A stretch of DNA of 64,000 bases from an uncultured Vampirovibrio sp. (lineage in GTDB: Bacteria > Cyanobacteriota > Vampirovibrionia > Gastranaerophilales > Gastranaerophilaceae). Shown here piece by piece: positions 46,666 to 56,771 of this stretch. Positions within the stretch are counted from its first letter, which is position 1. Each line of letters starts with the position of its first letter. Location: NCBI GenBank assembly GCA_910578465.1, contig CAJTPW010000003.1, positions 121,973-185,972 on the forward strand, given 5' to 3'. The position numbers and the translations under genes are program-made. Below the pieces are notes generated by a model. It was not told where the DNA came from. It saw only the letters and a program-made list of their open reading frames with translations, and did no database searches.

Positions 46666-48552
46666 CTATGCAATTGATTCGAGTTTTTTAATTAATTCCG
46701 CATTCTGTGCCGCAAAATCGTTTCCTCTTGCTTTGATTGCATAAATGAGCGCCAGAGGAAGATTTAAGGCATCACCCGATTCCAGTCTTCTTTCATAAAA
46801 TTCTTCAAAATGATCGGGAAGCCTTAATGTCCAGTTGGGGTCTCCGGAAGTTCCCGGTCTGTTATAGACTTCGTTTATTCCAAAGAAATCCGTGAAGAAA
46901 ATCTGAACATTTTCGTTCTTTGCGGCAAAAATTTCAACGAGCTTTGAAAAAGCAAGAAATTTATCGTCCGTATAGAGCCTTTCTCTTACCGCATCACGGT
47001 TTTCAGCATTTGCATAAAGATCGTCCATAAGGTTATCCACATGCGGGGTTAATTCAGCTTTGCCCATCATAGACTGCGCCCACATTCTGATTGGTTCGTT
47101 GTCGTGTGTGCCGACCATTGCCCAGGAGTTTTCCGTAATGTTGCAGCATCTGTATGCGTGGTCTTTTTCTTCAGCAACAACAAACTGTACAAGCTTCATG
47201 CCTGCAAGCTGATATTTTTCCATAACGCGAACAACAGGATATGTAAGGGTTCCGAGGTCTTCCGCAACAATTGCGTCTTTATCGAGCCCGGCCTCTTTTG
47301 CGGCCGCAATGACGATTTTTTCAATGGTTCTTCCATACCTTGAAATTTGTTCATCATCAAGCTTTGTAATCCATTTTTCTTTATCAGGTTCAACCCCGTT
47401 ATTTGTATCGTCTTCTCTTGCGATAGAATATTTCTTTAATTCGGGGTGGAATGGAGAAGAGTATAGTCTTCCTGCGCCCTCTTCAACTTTTGGAAGTGCA
47501 CCCTTTTTGTATACCCACGGGTCGATAAGTCCTACGGTGTGGTCAATTCTCACGCCGCCCGGGTTTTCTTTAAACATTTTTAAATAAAGCTTATAAAGAA
47601 GTTCGCCCGCTTCGCCAAGGTTTCCGTCTTCGTTAAACATTTTTTCAGGGTCTACAACGCTGAAACCCCATGCCTGACCGTCTTTTGAAAAATAATCGGG
47701 CGGGCAGCCAAGGCACCAGCCATCTAAAAATAATGATTTATAGGCCCAATTGTCTCTGTCTGAGAAAGCAACCTGTCTGTCCGCTATCATTTTTAGGCCG
47801 TGCTCTTTGGCATATTGTCTTGTTTTTTCGCTCTGCTGTGCTGTGATAAACTGTGCAAGCTTATATTTTCCGATAACATCGGCATATTTTTCGGTTATTT
47901 CTTTAATTCTTGCATTTGCCTTGTCTCTGTCCCATGTTGAAAAAAGGTCGCGGTCAAGCTCGTTTTCCCACTGCGGCCAGTAATCCGATCCGTGCTCAAG
48001 TGTGAAAGCTTCATACAATGCGTCGTTATCAAGCCAGAAAGCATTTTCGGTTTTAAATTTTTCGAAATCTTCCTTCATTTTATCTGAAGCATTCAGTTTA
48101 TAGTTTTCATAAACTTCATCCATAACTTCATTTAAAACATCAATGGAATATGTATATGCGGCTTTGTTTTCATATAGTTTCGGGTTATCTTTTACAATTT
48201 TTTCCAATGTCACCGCAGATAAAAGGTTGTCATATTCAGGTGTTGTTAAAGAAATTAAGTCCATAAACAGGGGGTTTTGTGAAAAAACCGTACCTGTATA
48301 GGGGGAAGAATCGCTCGGTTTGGTTTTACCGTTCGGCCCCAATTGAATTGCGTTAAACATTCCGCCTGCAAAGTCCATAAGTTCCTTTGCGCCGTTTGAA
48401 TTATATGTTCCAAACCCTGTATTTTCGTTTAAAAGGGAGGGAAAACTTACCCCATGCAAAATTAAAGCCATATTCTTTTTGTTTAAGGCGCCAAGTGCCT
48501 CTTTTACAATTTGCTTGTAGCTTGAATTTATTTTTTTATCTGTCGTTTGCAT
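46666..48552 (-). CDS. malQ: 4-alpha-glucanotransferase (GH77 amylomaltase)
   Basis: VRIDHTVGL and AEDLGTLT catalytic-region motifs characteristic of GH77. Confidence 0.8.
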   Translation of the reverse strand: MQTTDKKINSSYKQIVKEALGALNKKNMALILHGVSFPSLLNENTGFGTYNSNGAKELMDFAGGMFNAIQLGPNGKTKPSDSSPYTGTVFSQNPLFMDLISLTTPEYDNLLSAVTLEKIVKDNPKLYENKAAYTYSIDVLNEVMDEVYENYKLNASDKMKEDFEKFKTENAFWLDNDALYEAFTLEHGSDYWPQWENELDRDLFSTWDRDKANARIKEITEKYADVIGKYKLAQFITAQQSEKTRQYAKEHGLKMIADRQVAFSDRDNWAYKSLFLDGWCLGCPPDYFSKDGQAWGFSVVDPEKMFNEDGNLGEAGELLYKLYLKMFKENPGGVRIDHTVGLIDPWVYKKGALPKVEEGAGRLYSSPFHPELKKYSIAREDDTNNGVEPDKEKWITKLDDEQISRYGRTIEKIVIAAAKEAGLDKDAIVAEDLGTLTYPVVRVMEKYQLAGMKLVQFVVAEEKDHAYRCCNITENSWAMVGTHDNEPIRMWAQSMMGKAELTPHVDNLMDDLYANAENRDAVRERLYTDDKFLAFSKLVEIFAAKNENVQIFFTDFFGINEVYNRPGTSGDPNWTLRLPDHFEEFYERRLESGDALNLPLALIYAIKARGNDFAAQNAELIKKLESIA

Positions 48553-48587
48553 AGAAACAATTTCCTCCTAAATATATAATATAAAGT

Positions 48588-49271
48588 CTAATAACTTGTT
48601 AAGCCCCGTTTTTGGAGATATTCCCTCACATCATTCAGGGCGGATTGAACAATGCGTGTAATTCTTGAACTTGATAATCCCACCATCTGTGCAATCTGTT
48701 TTACCTGCATATTGCGGTAAAATCTGTATTCAACGATAGTCCTGTCTTTTTGCGGAAGTGTTGCGATAGCTTCCCTTATTACACGTCCTAATTCCGTAAT
48801 TTCGGCCTTTTCATCAGGTGTGGCTGATGTATCTTTTATGAAATCAAAAGGTGAATCCGTATCGGATGAAGCCGATGCAATCGAATCTATTGATAAAATG
48901 GTTTCATAAATTGCTTCACGAACTTTTGCGGGCGAAACATCAAGGCTTGAAGATTCATCATTTCCGTTTGTTGTTTCTTCCCCTTCTTCATCAACCTCTT
49001 TTTTGTGTTTTAGCGTGTACCATTTATATCTGTTTCTAAGTTCATTTCTGATAGCCCAGCGGACAGCCGTTGCAATGTATGATGAATTATATTTTTCCAG
49101 CTGTTCATCCGACTTATTTTTTATCAAAGCCTGAATTGCAATAATGCCAATGGATACAAGTTCTTCGCATTCCACCATATGTGATGGAATTCGTCTGTAT
49201 TCTACCCTTGCCACTTTTTGAATTATATCGATATAATCTTTTAATCTGTTTGATTGCAATTTAAGCGCCAT
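48588..49271 (-). CDS. fliA: sigma-70 family sigma factor, FliA/WhiG-like
   Basis: Region 2 (ELVSIGIIAIQALI...YIATAVRWAIRNELR) and region 4 HTH (QVKQIAQMVGLSSSRITRIVQSAL). Adjacent to flhB. There is an acidic insertion between regions. Confidence 0.6.
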   Translation of the reverse strand: MALKLQSNRLKDYIDIIQKVARVEYRRIPSHMVECEELVSIGIIAIQALIKNKSDEQLEKYNSSYIATAVRWAIRNELRNRYKWYTLKHKKEVDEEGEETTNGNDESSSLDVSPAKVREAIYETILSIDSIASASSDTDSPFDFIKDTSATPDEKAEITELGRVIREAIATLPQKDRTIVEYRFYRNMQVKQIAQMVGLSSSRITRIVQSALNDVREYLQKRGLTSY

Positions 49272-49354
49272 TTTCTCATTTTACTTTAAGTAGATTTTAC
49301 TATTTTTTTATCCTTTTTGCAAATATACCCCTCATTTGAAGTATATGAAATTTT

Positions 49355-50554
49355 TTATACGGAAGGTGGTCTTAAATTTTGGTTTGTTTTATTTGTTATA
49401 TCAGTGTTTCGGGCAGGATTTATATTGGATTCGGGTGCTTTTGCGGGGTTTTGATTTTCGGTTTTTGCCTGCTGCACCGTTTTTTGAACGGCTTCGGGTG
49501 TCTTTTTCTTCAGGTTGTATACAAAAATCAATATTTCGGCAACAGCTTTGTATAAGTCGGGCGGAACCTCCTGATTAATTTCAACCATTCTGAATATCGC
49601 ACGTGCCACGGGCGGGTTTTCGATGACGGGAATATTATGTTCGGACGCAATTTCTTTAATTTTCTTTGCAAAAAGCTCTGTCCCCTTTGCAAGAAGTTTT
49701 GGTGATTCCATTGTCTCGGCGTCATATTTTAGCGCACATGCAATATGTATCGGGTTTGTAACAACAAAATCAGCCTCGGGGACCATATCCATCATTGACC
49801 TTTGCAGTAATTGCTGCCTTTTTTGTCGAAGTGCCGCTTTTACGTGCGGATCGCCTTCGGAGTTTTTATATTCATCTTTCACCTCTTTAAAAGACATTTT
49901 TTGATCCTGCATAAATTTCCATTTTGTAACGCCGTAATCGGCTGCAGCAATGATTAAAAAGGCAATTCCCGCTTTAATAATAAAATCTACGATTAATTTA
50001 CCAAAGGCGATTAATGTTGCAAATTGGTTATCAACCCCTGCAAGCATCAAAATTGCAGGGAAATGCTCCATATAAACAACCCAGCCTATGAACCCCAAAA
50101 TTACAACTTTTGCAATGTTTTTTACAAGCTCAAAAAGGGTTTTTGGGCTTATCAGGTTTTTAAAATATTTTGTAGGATTCAGTTTATCGGGCTTTGGAAT
50201 TAAAGGGGTGATTGTAAATAAGGGCCCCACCTGAATTAAATCTCCCAGAATTCCCATAAACCCTGCAAGAATAAGGATTGGAAGTATGATTAAAAAGGTT
50301 GGAATAAGTGTGGATGTTAAAATGTACATATAGCCTATCTCTTCAAGATGGGCATTTGGAATTTGTTCGTATAATTTTGAATATAAAAGAGAAATCTGCC
50401 CCCAGATAAAGGGCCCGAGAGCATATATTGCAGCAAACATAACAATTAAAGCAAGGGCTGTGGAAAAATCTTTTGATTTTACAACCTGCCCTTCTTTTCT
50501 TGCCTTTTGAAGCTTCTGATGAGAGGCCTCAAACTGTTTATCTTCATCACCCAT
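49355..50554 (-). CDS. flhB: flagellar export apparatus protein FlhB
   Basis: N-terminal KARKEGQVVKSKD, four TM segments, and an autocleavage-type motif present as NPIH (variant of NPTH). About 50-aa C-terminal extension. Confidence 0.85.
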   Translation of the reverse strand: MGDEDKQFEASHQKLQKARKEGQVVKSKDFSTALALIVMFAAIYALGPFIWGQISLLYSKLYEQIPNAHLEEIGYMYILTSTLIPTFLIILPILILAGFMGILGDLIQVGPLFTITPLIPKPDKLNPTKYFKNLISPKTLFELVKNIAKVVILGFIGWVVYMEHFPAILMLAGVDNQFATLIAFGKLIVDFIIKAGIAFLIIAAADYGVTKWKFMQDQKMSFKEVKDEYKNSEGDPHVKAALRQKRQQLLQRSMMDMVPEADFVVTNPIHIACALKYDAETMESPKLLAKGTELFAKKIKEIASEHNIPVIENPPVARAIFRMVEINQEVPPDLYKAVAEILIFVYNLKKKTPEAVQKTVQQAKTENQNPAKAPESNINPARNTDITNKTNQNLRPPSV

Positions 50555-50557
50555 AGT

Positions 50558-51547
50558 TTACCTTCGCCCTGTTTCAATTCCTTTTATTTTATTTTGAATA
50601 TCGGAAACCACGGGGTGTCTTCTTTTCTTTCTTTTTATGATTGTAATCTCCTTAACGGGCTTTTTTGAAATTTCATATTCCGATATTTTTTCAACAATTG
50701 TCATAAACAGATTATATCTGTTCAGCACCATATTTTTTGCACTTAAAATTGCATCTTTATTTTTCTCATAAAGATTATTTTCAATTGTATATTTAATTAT
50801 GCCTTTGGCTTTTTCAATATCCAAATCTTCAAGAAGAATGAGGGAGTTTTTTGGGAAATATTCAAAAATATTCGGTGCACCGAAATATATAGGCATTGAA
50901 TTACACAAAAATGCGTCCGTTAATTTTTCGCTGAAAAAATGAGGCTCCGAGGTGTCTTCCAAAACAACGGTATATTTTGAAGGGATTAAAATTTCATCTT
51001 TGTTTTTAACCCTGCTTTTTATTTTTAAATCAAATTCTTTCAACTCCTTTCTTAAAGAGCGCAAAAAATCAAGCTGTTGTTTTTTTGAATAAGATGAAGG
51101 TCTTTTGCCTTCTGCTTTTGTGCTTGTGATAGCGGAAAGCGTTATGGTTTTATCCATGGTTTTTAAGTTTTTATAAAAATCATATCCTTGCTTGCATCCC
51201 CAAAGGGCCGAACTTTGCGTTCTTTCAAGGTTTTTAAGAGCACCTTCGTATCTTTCTTTTTTCTTTTTATACCAGCTTCCAAAAACTCTGTCCGCATAAG
51301 GATATGCTTTTTGCCAGTGGCCGTATTGTCTGTAATCTCCGGGGTTTTGGTGAAATACCCAGAGTTCTTTTGCATTCATCTTTATGTTTTTCGTGGAATA
51401 GTTTATAACAACCGCCAAATCTGCTTTATCAACGGGTTTTGCGGTAAATATTATATTACCTATTTTTGCGGTGTCCCCGTTTTGAAATTCGGGAATTTGT
51501 TTAAGAATATCATTTGAATTTTCAGGGTATATAAGCCTTGCGAGCAT
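50558..51547 (-). CDS. glycosyltransferase family 10-like (alpha-1,3-fucosyltransferase-like)
   Basis: SKYTVVLEDTSEPHFFSEKLTDAFLCNSMPIYFG resembles the GT10 Y-x-F-x-L-x-F-E-N...TEK...PV(Y/W)xG motif. The stop lies 3 nt from the flhB start. Confidence 0.55.
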   Translation of the reverse strand: MLARLIYPENSNDILKQIPEFQNGDTAKIGNIIFTAKPVDKADLAVVINYSTKNIKMNAKELWVFHQNPGDYRQYGHWQKAYPYADRVFGSWYKKKKERYEGALKNLERTQSSALWGCKQGYDFYKNLKTMDKTITLSAITSTKAEGKRPSSYSKKQQLDFLRSLRKELKEFDLKIKSRVKNKDEILIPSKYTVVLEDTSEPHFFSEKLTDAFLCNSMPIYFGAPNIFEYFPKNSLILLEDLDIEKAKGIIKYTIENNLYEKNKDAILSAKNMVLNRYNLFMTIVEKISEYEISKKPVKEITIIKRKKRRHPVVSDIQNKIKGIETGRR

Positions 51548-51656
51548 TTTTATCTAAACCTTCCATAATTTTAAGGGGATTATTTTATTGTTTTAATTGC
51601 TATGGTATGGTTCAAAGACAAATTGCTTTTGCGATTTGTCTTTGAAGTACGTTTAT

Positions 51657-52172
51657 CTAATATTTTGCCATTGAGACAACTTTTACATCTTTTGGAAGCT
51701 TTTCTCTGCCTTTAAGGTCTGAAAGCTCAATAACAAAGGCAATTCCTGCAAGTTCGCCCACGGTTTCTATTAATTTAGCCGCAGCCGCAGCCGTTCCTCC
51801 GGTTGCAAGCAAATCGTCTATTAAAAGCACTCTTTTGCCTTTTTCAATAGCGTCTTTATGGATTTCAATTTTATCTGTTCCGTATTCAAGTTCATATTCC
51901 ATTGAAATGGTTTCACAGGGAAGTTTCCCCGGTTTTCTAATCGGAATGAAGCCGCAGCCAAGAGAATATGCAACAGGCATGCCGAAAATGAACCCTCTGG
52001 ATTCTATTCCCGCAACGTAATCTATCTTTTCATCCTTAAAAGTATCTGCAATATAATCTATGATTTTCTTCATAGTTGCGGGGTCTTTTACGGCGGTTGT
52101 AATATCCCTGAAAATTATTCCTTTTTTTGGAAAATCTGGGATATCCCTAATCATCTTTTTAATATCTTCCAT
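51657..52172 (-). CDS. apt: adenine phosphoribosyltransferase
   Basis: IPDFPKKGIIFRDIT and VLLIDDLLATGGT PRPP-binding motifs. 171 aa. Confidence 0.93.
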   Translation of the reverse strand: MEDIKKMIRDIPDFPKKGIIFRDITTAVKDPATMKKIIDYIADTFKDEKIDYVAGIESRGFIFGMPVAYSLGCGFIPIRKPGKLPCETISMEYELEYGTDKIEIHKDAIEKGKRVLLIDDLLATGGTAAAAAKLIETVGELAGIAFVIELSDLKGREKLPKDVKVVSMAKY

Positions 52173-52278
52173 ATTCTCTAAGGCTCCTGTTTTTATTTTA
52201 AAATTGCAAAACCTAAATTATATTATCAAAAATATGTTGAAAAATACACCTGAATTTTGTTTATAGTAAAATTTCTTT

Positions 52279-53371
52279 ATGGAACAAGAATTATCCGATA
52301 TTCTAAAAGAAAAAATAAATCTTCTTAGCAAGCGTGTTTCAAAGTCTGTGAGGTATCTTTGACCTTGAAAATTTAAAGTCGGAGCTTGAAAAAATTAATG
52401 CGCTCCTTGAAAATCCTTCGGTTTGGGATAACAACGAAGAGGCTTCAAAATTTTTAAAGGAACAAAAGGACATAAAAACATCCGTTGAGATGGCTGAAAT
52501 CTGGCAAAACAAACTTGAAGACGCTAAAGTAAGTCTTGAATTAAACGATACCGCACTGATGGATGAGAGCTTAAATGTTTTGGAAGAACTTGAAGATGAG
52601 CTTGAGAAGTTTGAAATTCAAAGCTTATTATCGGGTGAATATGACAAAGACAGTGCAATTTTAAGCATTAACGCAGGTGCTGGCGGGGTTGATGCTATGG
52701 ATTGGGCAAATATGCTTCTTCGTATGTATCTTCGCTGGGCGGAAAAAAGGGGGTATACGGCTTCTCTGGTTGATAAATCGGACGGGGATGAAGCGGGGAT
52801 AAAATCTGCCGCAATAAAGGTTGAAGGGAAGTTTGCATACGGATATTTAAAGGCCGAAAAGGGCGTACACAGGCTGGTTCGAATATCCCCCTTTAATGCA
52901 AACGGGAAGAGACAGACAAGCTTTGCAAGTGTTGAAGTTATGCCCGTGATTGAAGATTTTGAGAAAAAAATTGTTATCCCCCCTGATGATATTGAGGTTG
53001 AAACTATGCGCTCGGGCGGTGCGGGCGGACAAAACGTTAACAAGGTAGAAACGGCTGTTCGGATTTATCATAAGCCTACAGGAATTGTTGTAAAATGCCA
53101 GCAGGAACGTTCACAGCTTCAAAACAAGGAAACGGCGCTTTCAATGCTCGCTTCAAAGCTTTTATTAATGCGACAGGCAGAACATGAAAAGAAATTATCC
53201 GATATTAAGGGCGAAAATATGGATATAAATTTCGGTTCACAAATCCGCTCATACGTTTTTCACCCCTATAAACTTGTAAAAGACCACAGGACAGGAGCTG
53301 AAGTCGGCAACGTTGATTCTGTTATGGACGGAGATATTGATAAATTTATTGATGAGTATTTGAAAAGTTAA
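52279..53371 (+). CDS. prfB: peptide chain release factor 2, requires programmed +1 frameshift: join(52279..52359, 52361..53371)
   Basis: Frame 0 runs [27 protein letters not shown] then TGA at 52360. The +1 frame continues [24 protein letters not shown]... into SPF and GGQ ([16 protein letters not shown]) motifs. Confidence 0.93.
52351..52363 (+). promoter_or_regulatory. prfB +1 ribosomal frameshift site
   Basis: GAGG TAT CTT TGA C, with the same SD-like element, spacing and CUU-UGA-C slippery context as the E. coli prfB site. Confidence 0.9.
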
Positions 53372-53402
53372 AAACCCAAAAAAGAATATTTTCGGGTTTT
53401 TT
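53372..53402. terminator. weak bidirectional terminator between prfB and the convergent gene
   Basis: AAAACCCAAAA...TTTT(C)GGGTTTTTT. Only three G-C pairs. Confidence 0.45.
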
Positions 53403-53426
53403 AAAGATGTATTGTTTAAAATTTTG

Positions 53427-54059
53427 CTACTTTATAATTGAAATTGGCCGTTCGTGGAAAACCTGATCGGCAATTTTGCCTTCATCTAATATTGTGCGCA
53501 GTGTTTGCATTACAATGGAACCATTTTGTACAGTTTCATGATTTGTTTCTTTTATAATTAAGCCATCTTTTTTAAATATTGTTTCTGCAGTTTTTATAAG
53601 ACCAGTAAGACCTTGTTCAAATTTTTGTACAACTTTTTCTCCGGCTTTATTTGTGAAGTATTTTTTCTCAAAAATGGGCGCTCCGTCCAAAACGCCTGTT
53701 TGGAATTTTTTAGAGGATTGCAGTACACCTCTTTTGTATTCAAGAGCAAAATCTCCGTTTTTATTGGAAGCGTTAATAATACCTGTAAACGGTTTTCCGT
53801 CAATTGATGCAACACCTTTGTTGAATGTGCCGATTTCTTTAAATTTATCTAAATTAATTGTTTCAAGAGGAGCTTTTTTACCTTTAGCAATTGCAACCCC
53901 TGCAATTCCGACTGCTGCAAGCGCGCCAAGGGCAAGCATGATTTTCTTTTTGCCGCCTTTTTTCTCTGTTTGGATTGGCTGCTCTGCATTTTGCGTTTGA
54001 GCTTTGAGCAATCCCTTGGTACTCACTGTGCTTATACCTGAAACGTTTTGAACTGACAT
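53427..54059 (-). CDS. hypothetical N-terminally anchored membrane protein with MORN/YwqK-like repeats
   Basis: KKGGKKK followed by the TM IMLALGALAAVGIAGVAIA, then G-x-x-DGKPFTG / EYKRGVL-type units. Confidence 0.5.
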   Translation of the reverse strand: MSVQNVSGISTVSTKGLLKAQTQNAEQPIQTEKKGGKKKIMLALGALAAVGIAGVAIAKGKKAPLETINLDKFKEIGTFNKGVASIDGKPFTGIINASNKNGDFALEYKRGVLQSSKKFQTGVLDGAPIFEKKYFTNKAGEKVVQKFEQGLTGLIKTAETIFKKDGLIIKETNHETVQNGSIVMQTLRTILDEGKIADQVFHERPISIIK

Positions 54060-54222
54060 TATGTATTTCCTTTCTTTTAATGTTTGTATATATTCTAAAA
54101 AATATCTATAAAAATTTTTGCTTGTAAAATAGCTATTATTTACATTTTTTTACAATTAATTAGCCATAAAAATAAATATATAATTTATTAAATCAAATGA
54201 CTATTTATTATAAGTTAATGAA

Positions 54223-54540
54223 ATGAAATATCAGGAGCTTATAAATAAAAATATTAAAGAATTAAGGCAGGCAAACAATTTAACTCAGGAAGAGTTTGCG
54301 GAAAAAATCAGTATCAGCATTCAAGGACTTTCTAACATTGAAAGGAACAGATACCAGCCTGCGGCAGAAACGGTGGATAAAATCTGCAAAGCTTTCAAAA
54401 TTACCCCCGCGGAGCTTTTAACCGTTCCGCCAAAAGAAAACGAAGATATTTTAAAAAACATAAACACGCTTCTTGCAGGGTGTCCGAAAAGCAAGCTGAA
54501 AAAGATTTACGAGGTAATAAAAACCCTTATTAAATTTTAG
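54223..54540 (+). CDS. XRE-family HTH transcriptional regulator
   Basis: IKELRQANNLTQEEFAEKISISIQGLSNIERNRYQP is a canonical Cro/C1 HTH. Confidence 0.8.
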   Translation: MKYQELINKNIKELRQANNLTQEEFAEKISISIQGLSNIERNRYQPAAETVDKICKAFKITPAELLTVPPKENEDILKNINTLLAGCPKSKLKKIYEVIKTLIKF

Positions 54541-54584
54541 TTTTTATAGTAAAATCGGTGTATAGGAACTTAAAGGATACAGCT

Positions 54585-55814
54585 ATGATAAAAGCGCAGA
54601 GAGGCACAAAAGATATACTCCCCGAAAGCATTCTAACCTGGCAGAAGATTGAAAAAACAGCAAGAGAGCTTTTTCAAGAGGCAAACTATAAAGAAATAAG
54701 GACTCCAATCTTTGAAGCAACAGAGCTTTTCTGCCGTGGGGTCGGGGATTCTACCGATATTGTAAATAAGGAAATGTACACATTTTCTGTCGGCGGACAA
54801 AATAAGGATGAAAGTTCAATAACCCTTCGTCCCGAAAATACGGCAGGGGTTGTGCGCGCGTTTATCGAACACGGATTTTCCCGCCAGAGCGCTCCTGTAA
54901 AATTTTGGTATTTCGGGCCGATGTTTCGATATGAAAGGCCGCAAAAAGGGCGTCAAAGACAGTTCCACCAGATTGGCGTTGAAATGTTCGGGATTGAAAA
55001 CCCTTCCGCTGATGCTGAAGTTATTGCTCTTGTGTCAAAATTTTTATCCAAAATGGGAATAAAAGACCTTGTCGCTGAAATTAATTCTCTTGGCTGCATA
55101 AAATGCAGAGATGAATACAAGGCACGTATAAAAGAGGTTTTAAAACCATATTTGGATAAGCTTTGCGATGATTGTAGGGTTCGATATGAGAAAAACCCTT
55201 TGAGAATGCTTGATTGCAAAAATGAAGGATGTGCCGAAATTTTTGAACAGGATGAAATTAAAAAAGTAATTCTTGCTGATTTTATCTGTGAAGAGTGCCG
55301 CGAACATTACGAAACGGTGAAGAAATATTTAGGTACTCTTGGAATTAAATATAAAGAAAATAAAATGCTTGTAAGGGGCTTAGATTACTATAACAGAACT
55401 GTTTTTGAAATCAAAAGCGACGCGCTCGGTTCTCAAAGTGCGGTTGCAGGCGGCGGAAGATACGACGGGCTTGTTGAGATGCTTGGCGGGGAAAAGACGC
55501 CTGCAGTAGGGTTTGCGCTTGGGGTTGAAAGGCTTTATGAACTTGTAGCTCATATGGAAGAAGAAAAACTTGATTATTTTGTTGTCTCAAATCTTCAGGA
55601 TAAGGCAATGGAAACCGTGCAATATCTTCGAGACCAAGATAAAAGCTGCGATTTTGATTTTCAAAATAGAAAATTCGGCAAGCAGCTTGAAAAGGCGGGA
55701 AAAACCGCAAAGGCGGCCGTAATTATAGGCGAAGACGAACTTCAAGGCGGATATTACACCGTTAAAAACCTTGAAACAGGCGAACAAAAGAAAGTTCAAA
55801 AAACTGACCTGTAA
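54585..55814 (+). CDS. hisS: histidine--tRNA ligase
   Basis: GTKDILPE, class II motifs (FRYERPQKGRQRQFHQ, GGGRYDGL) and an anticodon-binding C-terminus. Start set at the ATG at 54585 after AAAGGA. Confidence 0.95.
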   Translation: MIKAQRGTKDILPESILTWQKIEKTARELFQEANYKEIRTPIFEATELFCRGVGDSTDIVNKEMYTFSVGGQNKDESSITLRPENTAGVVRAFIEHGFSRQSAPVKFWYFGPMFRYERPQKGRQRQFHQIGVEMFGIENPSADAEVIALVSKFLSKMGIKDLVAEINSLGCIKCRDEYKARIKEVLKPYLDKLCDDCRVRYEKNPLRMLDCKNEGCAEIFEQDEIKKVILADFICEECREHYETVKKYLGTLGIKYKENKMLVRGLDYYNRTVFEIKSDALGSQSAVAGGGRYDGLVEMLGGEKTPAVGFALGVERLYELVAHMEEEKLDYFVVSNLQDKAMETVQYLRDQDKSCDFDFQNRKFGKQLEKAGKTAKAAVIIGEDELQGGYYTVKNLETGEQKKVQKTDL

Positions 55815-55943
55815 AATATATTATAAATTTGTTTTCCAAAAAACTTTCCTTAAATAAAAAGTGTGTAATAATGTTCTTATCGAAAAGAAAAACGTTATAA
55901 AGCGATTTTAAAGGTTTTGGAAGATAAGGGGATAGTTTGGTTT

Positions 55944-56642
55944 ATGAAGTTTAAGAATATATATAAAAAAATATTTGGCTTAGGCACTTTGTTTTTTGCG
56001 TGTGTTTTTTGTATGCAAAGTGCTGATGCAATTATGGAACCGCCTGCAGGTGTTCCGCAAAAAATTGCTCCAAGTGAAGTTGTTTTGACCGATGCTGTTA
56101 TGAAACAATACAGAGGCTCAACAAAAGACATAAGACTTATTTATGCGGCGGAAACTCTGAAAGGAACGGTTGCGGATTATTCAAGACGTGCAATTTTAGG
56201 AGACAATTTAACAGGAAAGCCTATAAAGCTTGAATTTAGAGATTTAGCTGTCTTGAATCCGAAATATGCGGATTTTGACGCACTTGGCTGGAAACAAAAA
56301 GGAAGACTCCATATTTTTATTAATATCAAACATCAATATGCTCCAAAAGAGGCACTTGCAGCAGTTTTAGCTCATGAAGCGATACATCAGGACGAACTGA
56401 ATTCATTAAACGAGGAAGTATACTGCTGGACGCTTGAAGCTGCCGTTTGGACGCAGTTAACCGATGATAAACCCGAGCTTACGGATATTTCAAGTGCGCT
56501 TGTGAGCAGAGAGAATACAATTAAAAAGCTTTTCGTAAAAGGAAATTATACAAGTAAATATATCAGAAAATCCGTACTTTCAAATGCGGGGTATCAGGGG
56601 CTTCCGTCCCGCTCTCCCGGGTTTGAGGATGAGGATTTATAA
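55944..56642 (+). CDS. secreted hypothetical protein with HExxH motif
   Basis: Signal peptide MKFKNIYKKIFGLGTLFFACVFCMQSADA and the LAHEAIHQDELNSLNEE motif. Paralogue of 57424-58650. Confidence 0.55.
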   Translation: MKFKNIYKKIFGLGTLFFACVFCMQSADAIMEPPAGVPQKIAPSEVVLTDAVMKQYRGSTKDIRLIYAAETLKGTVADYSRRAILGDNLTGKPIKLEFRDLAVLNPKYADFDALGWKQKGRLHIFINIKHQYAPKEALAAVLAHEAIHQDELNSLNEEVYCWTLEAAVWTQLTDDKPELTDISSALVSRENTIKKLFVKGNYTSKYIRKSVLSNAGYQGLPSRSPGFEDEDL

Positions 56643-56771
56643 GGCTTCGGTGCACTTTCGGTCTTTGCTTTTTAAACAAACGTAATTAAAATCCAAAGCC
56701 TTTATATAAAGCCTTTATAAAAAGTGTCTATCAAAAGCGTCCGTGTTTATCAAAAAGTTTATCTGTTTTTT

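Noticed and set aside
49336-49578. 80-aa plus-strand ORF spanning the fliA-flhB spacer.
   Set aside because: It mostly overlaps the flhB 3' end in antisense, has no RBS and a compositionally odd translation.
52876-52884. GGTTCGAAT, a T-loop-like sequence suggestive of a tRNA.
   Set aside because: It lies inside the prfB coding sequence, with no acceptor or anticodon stems around it. No tRNA-like cloverleaf was found in any intergenic region.
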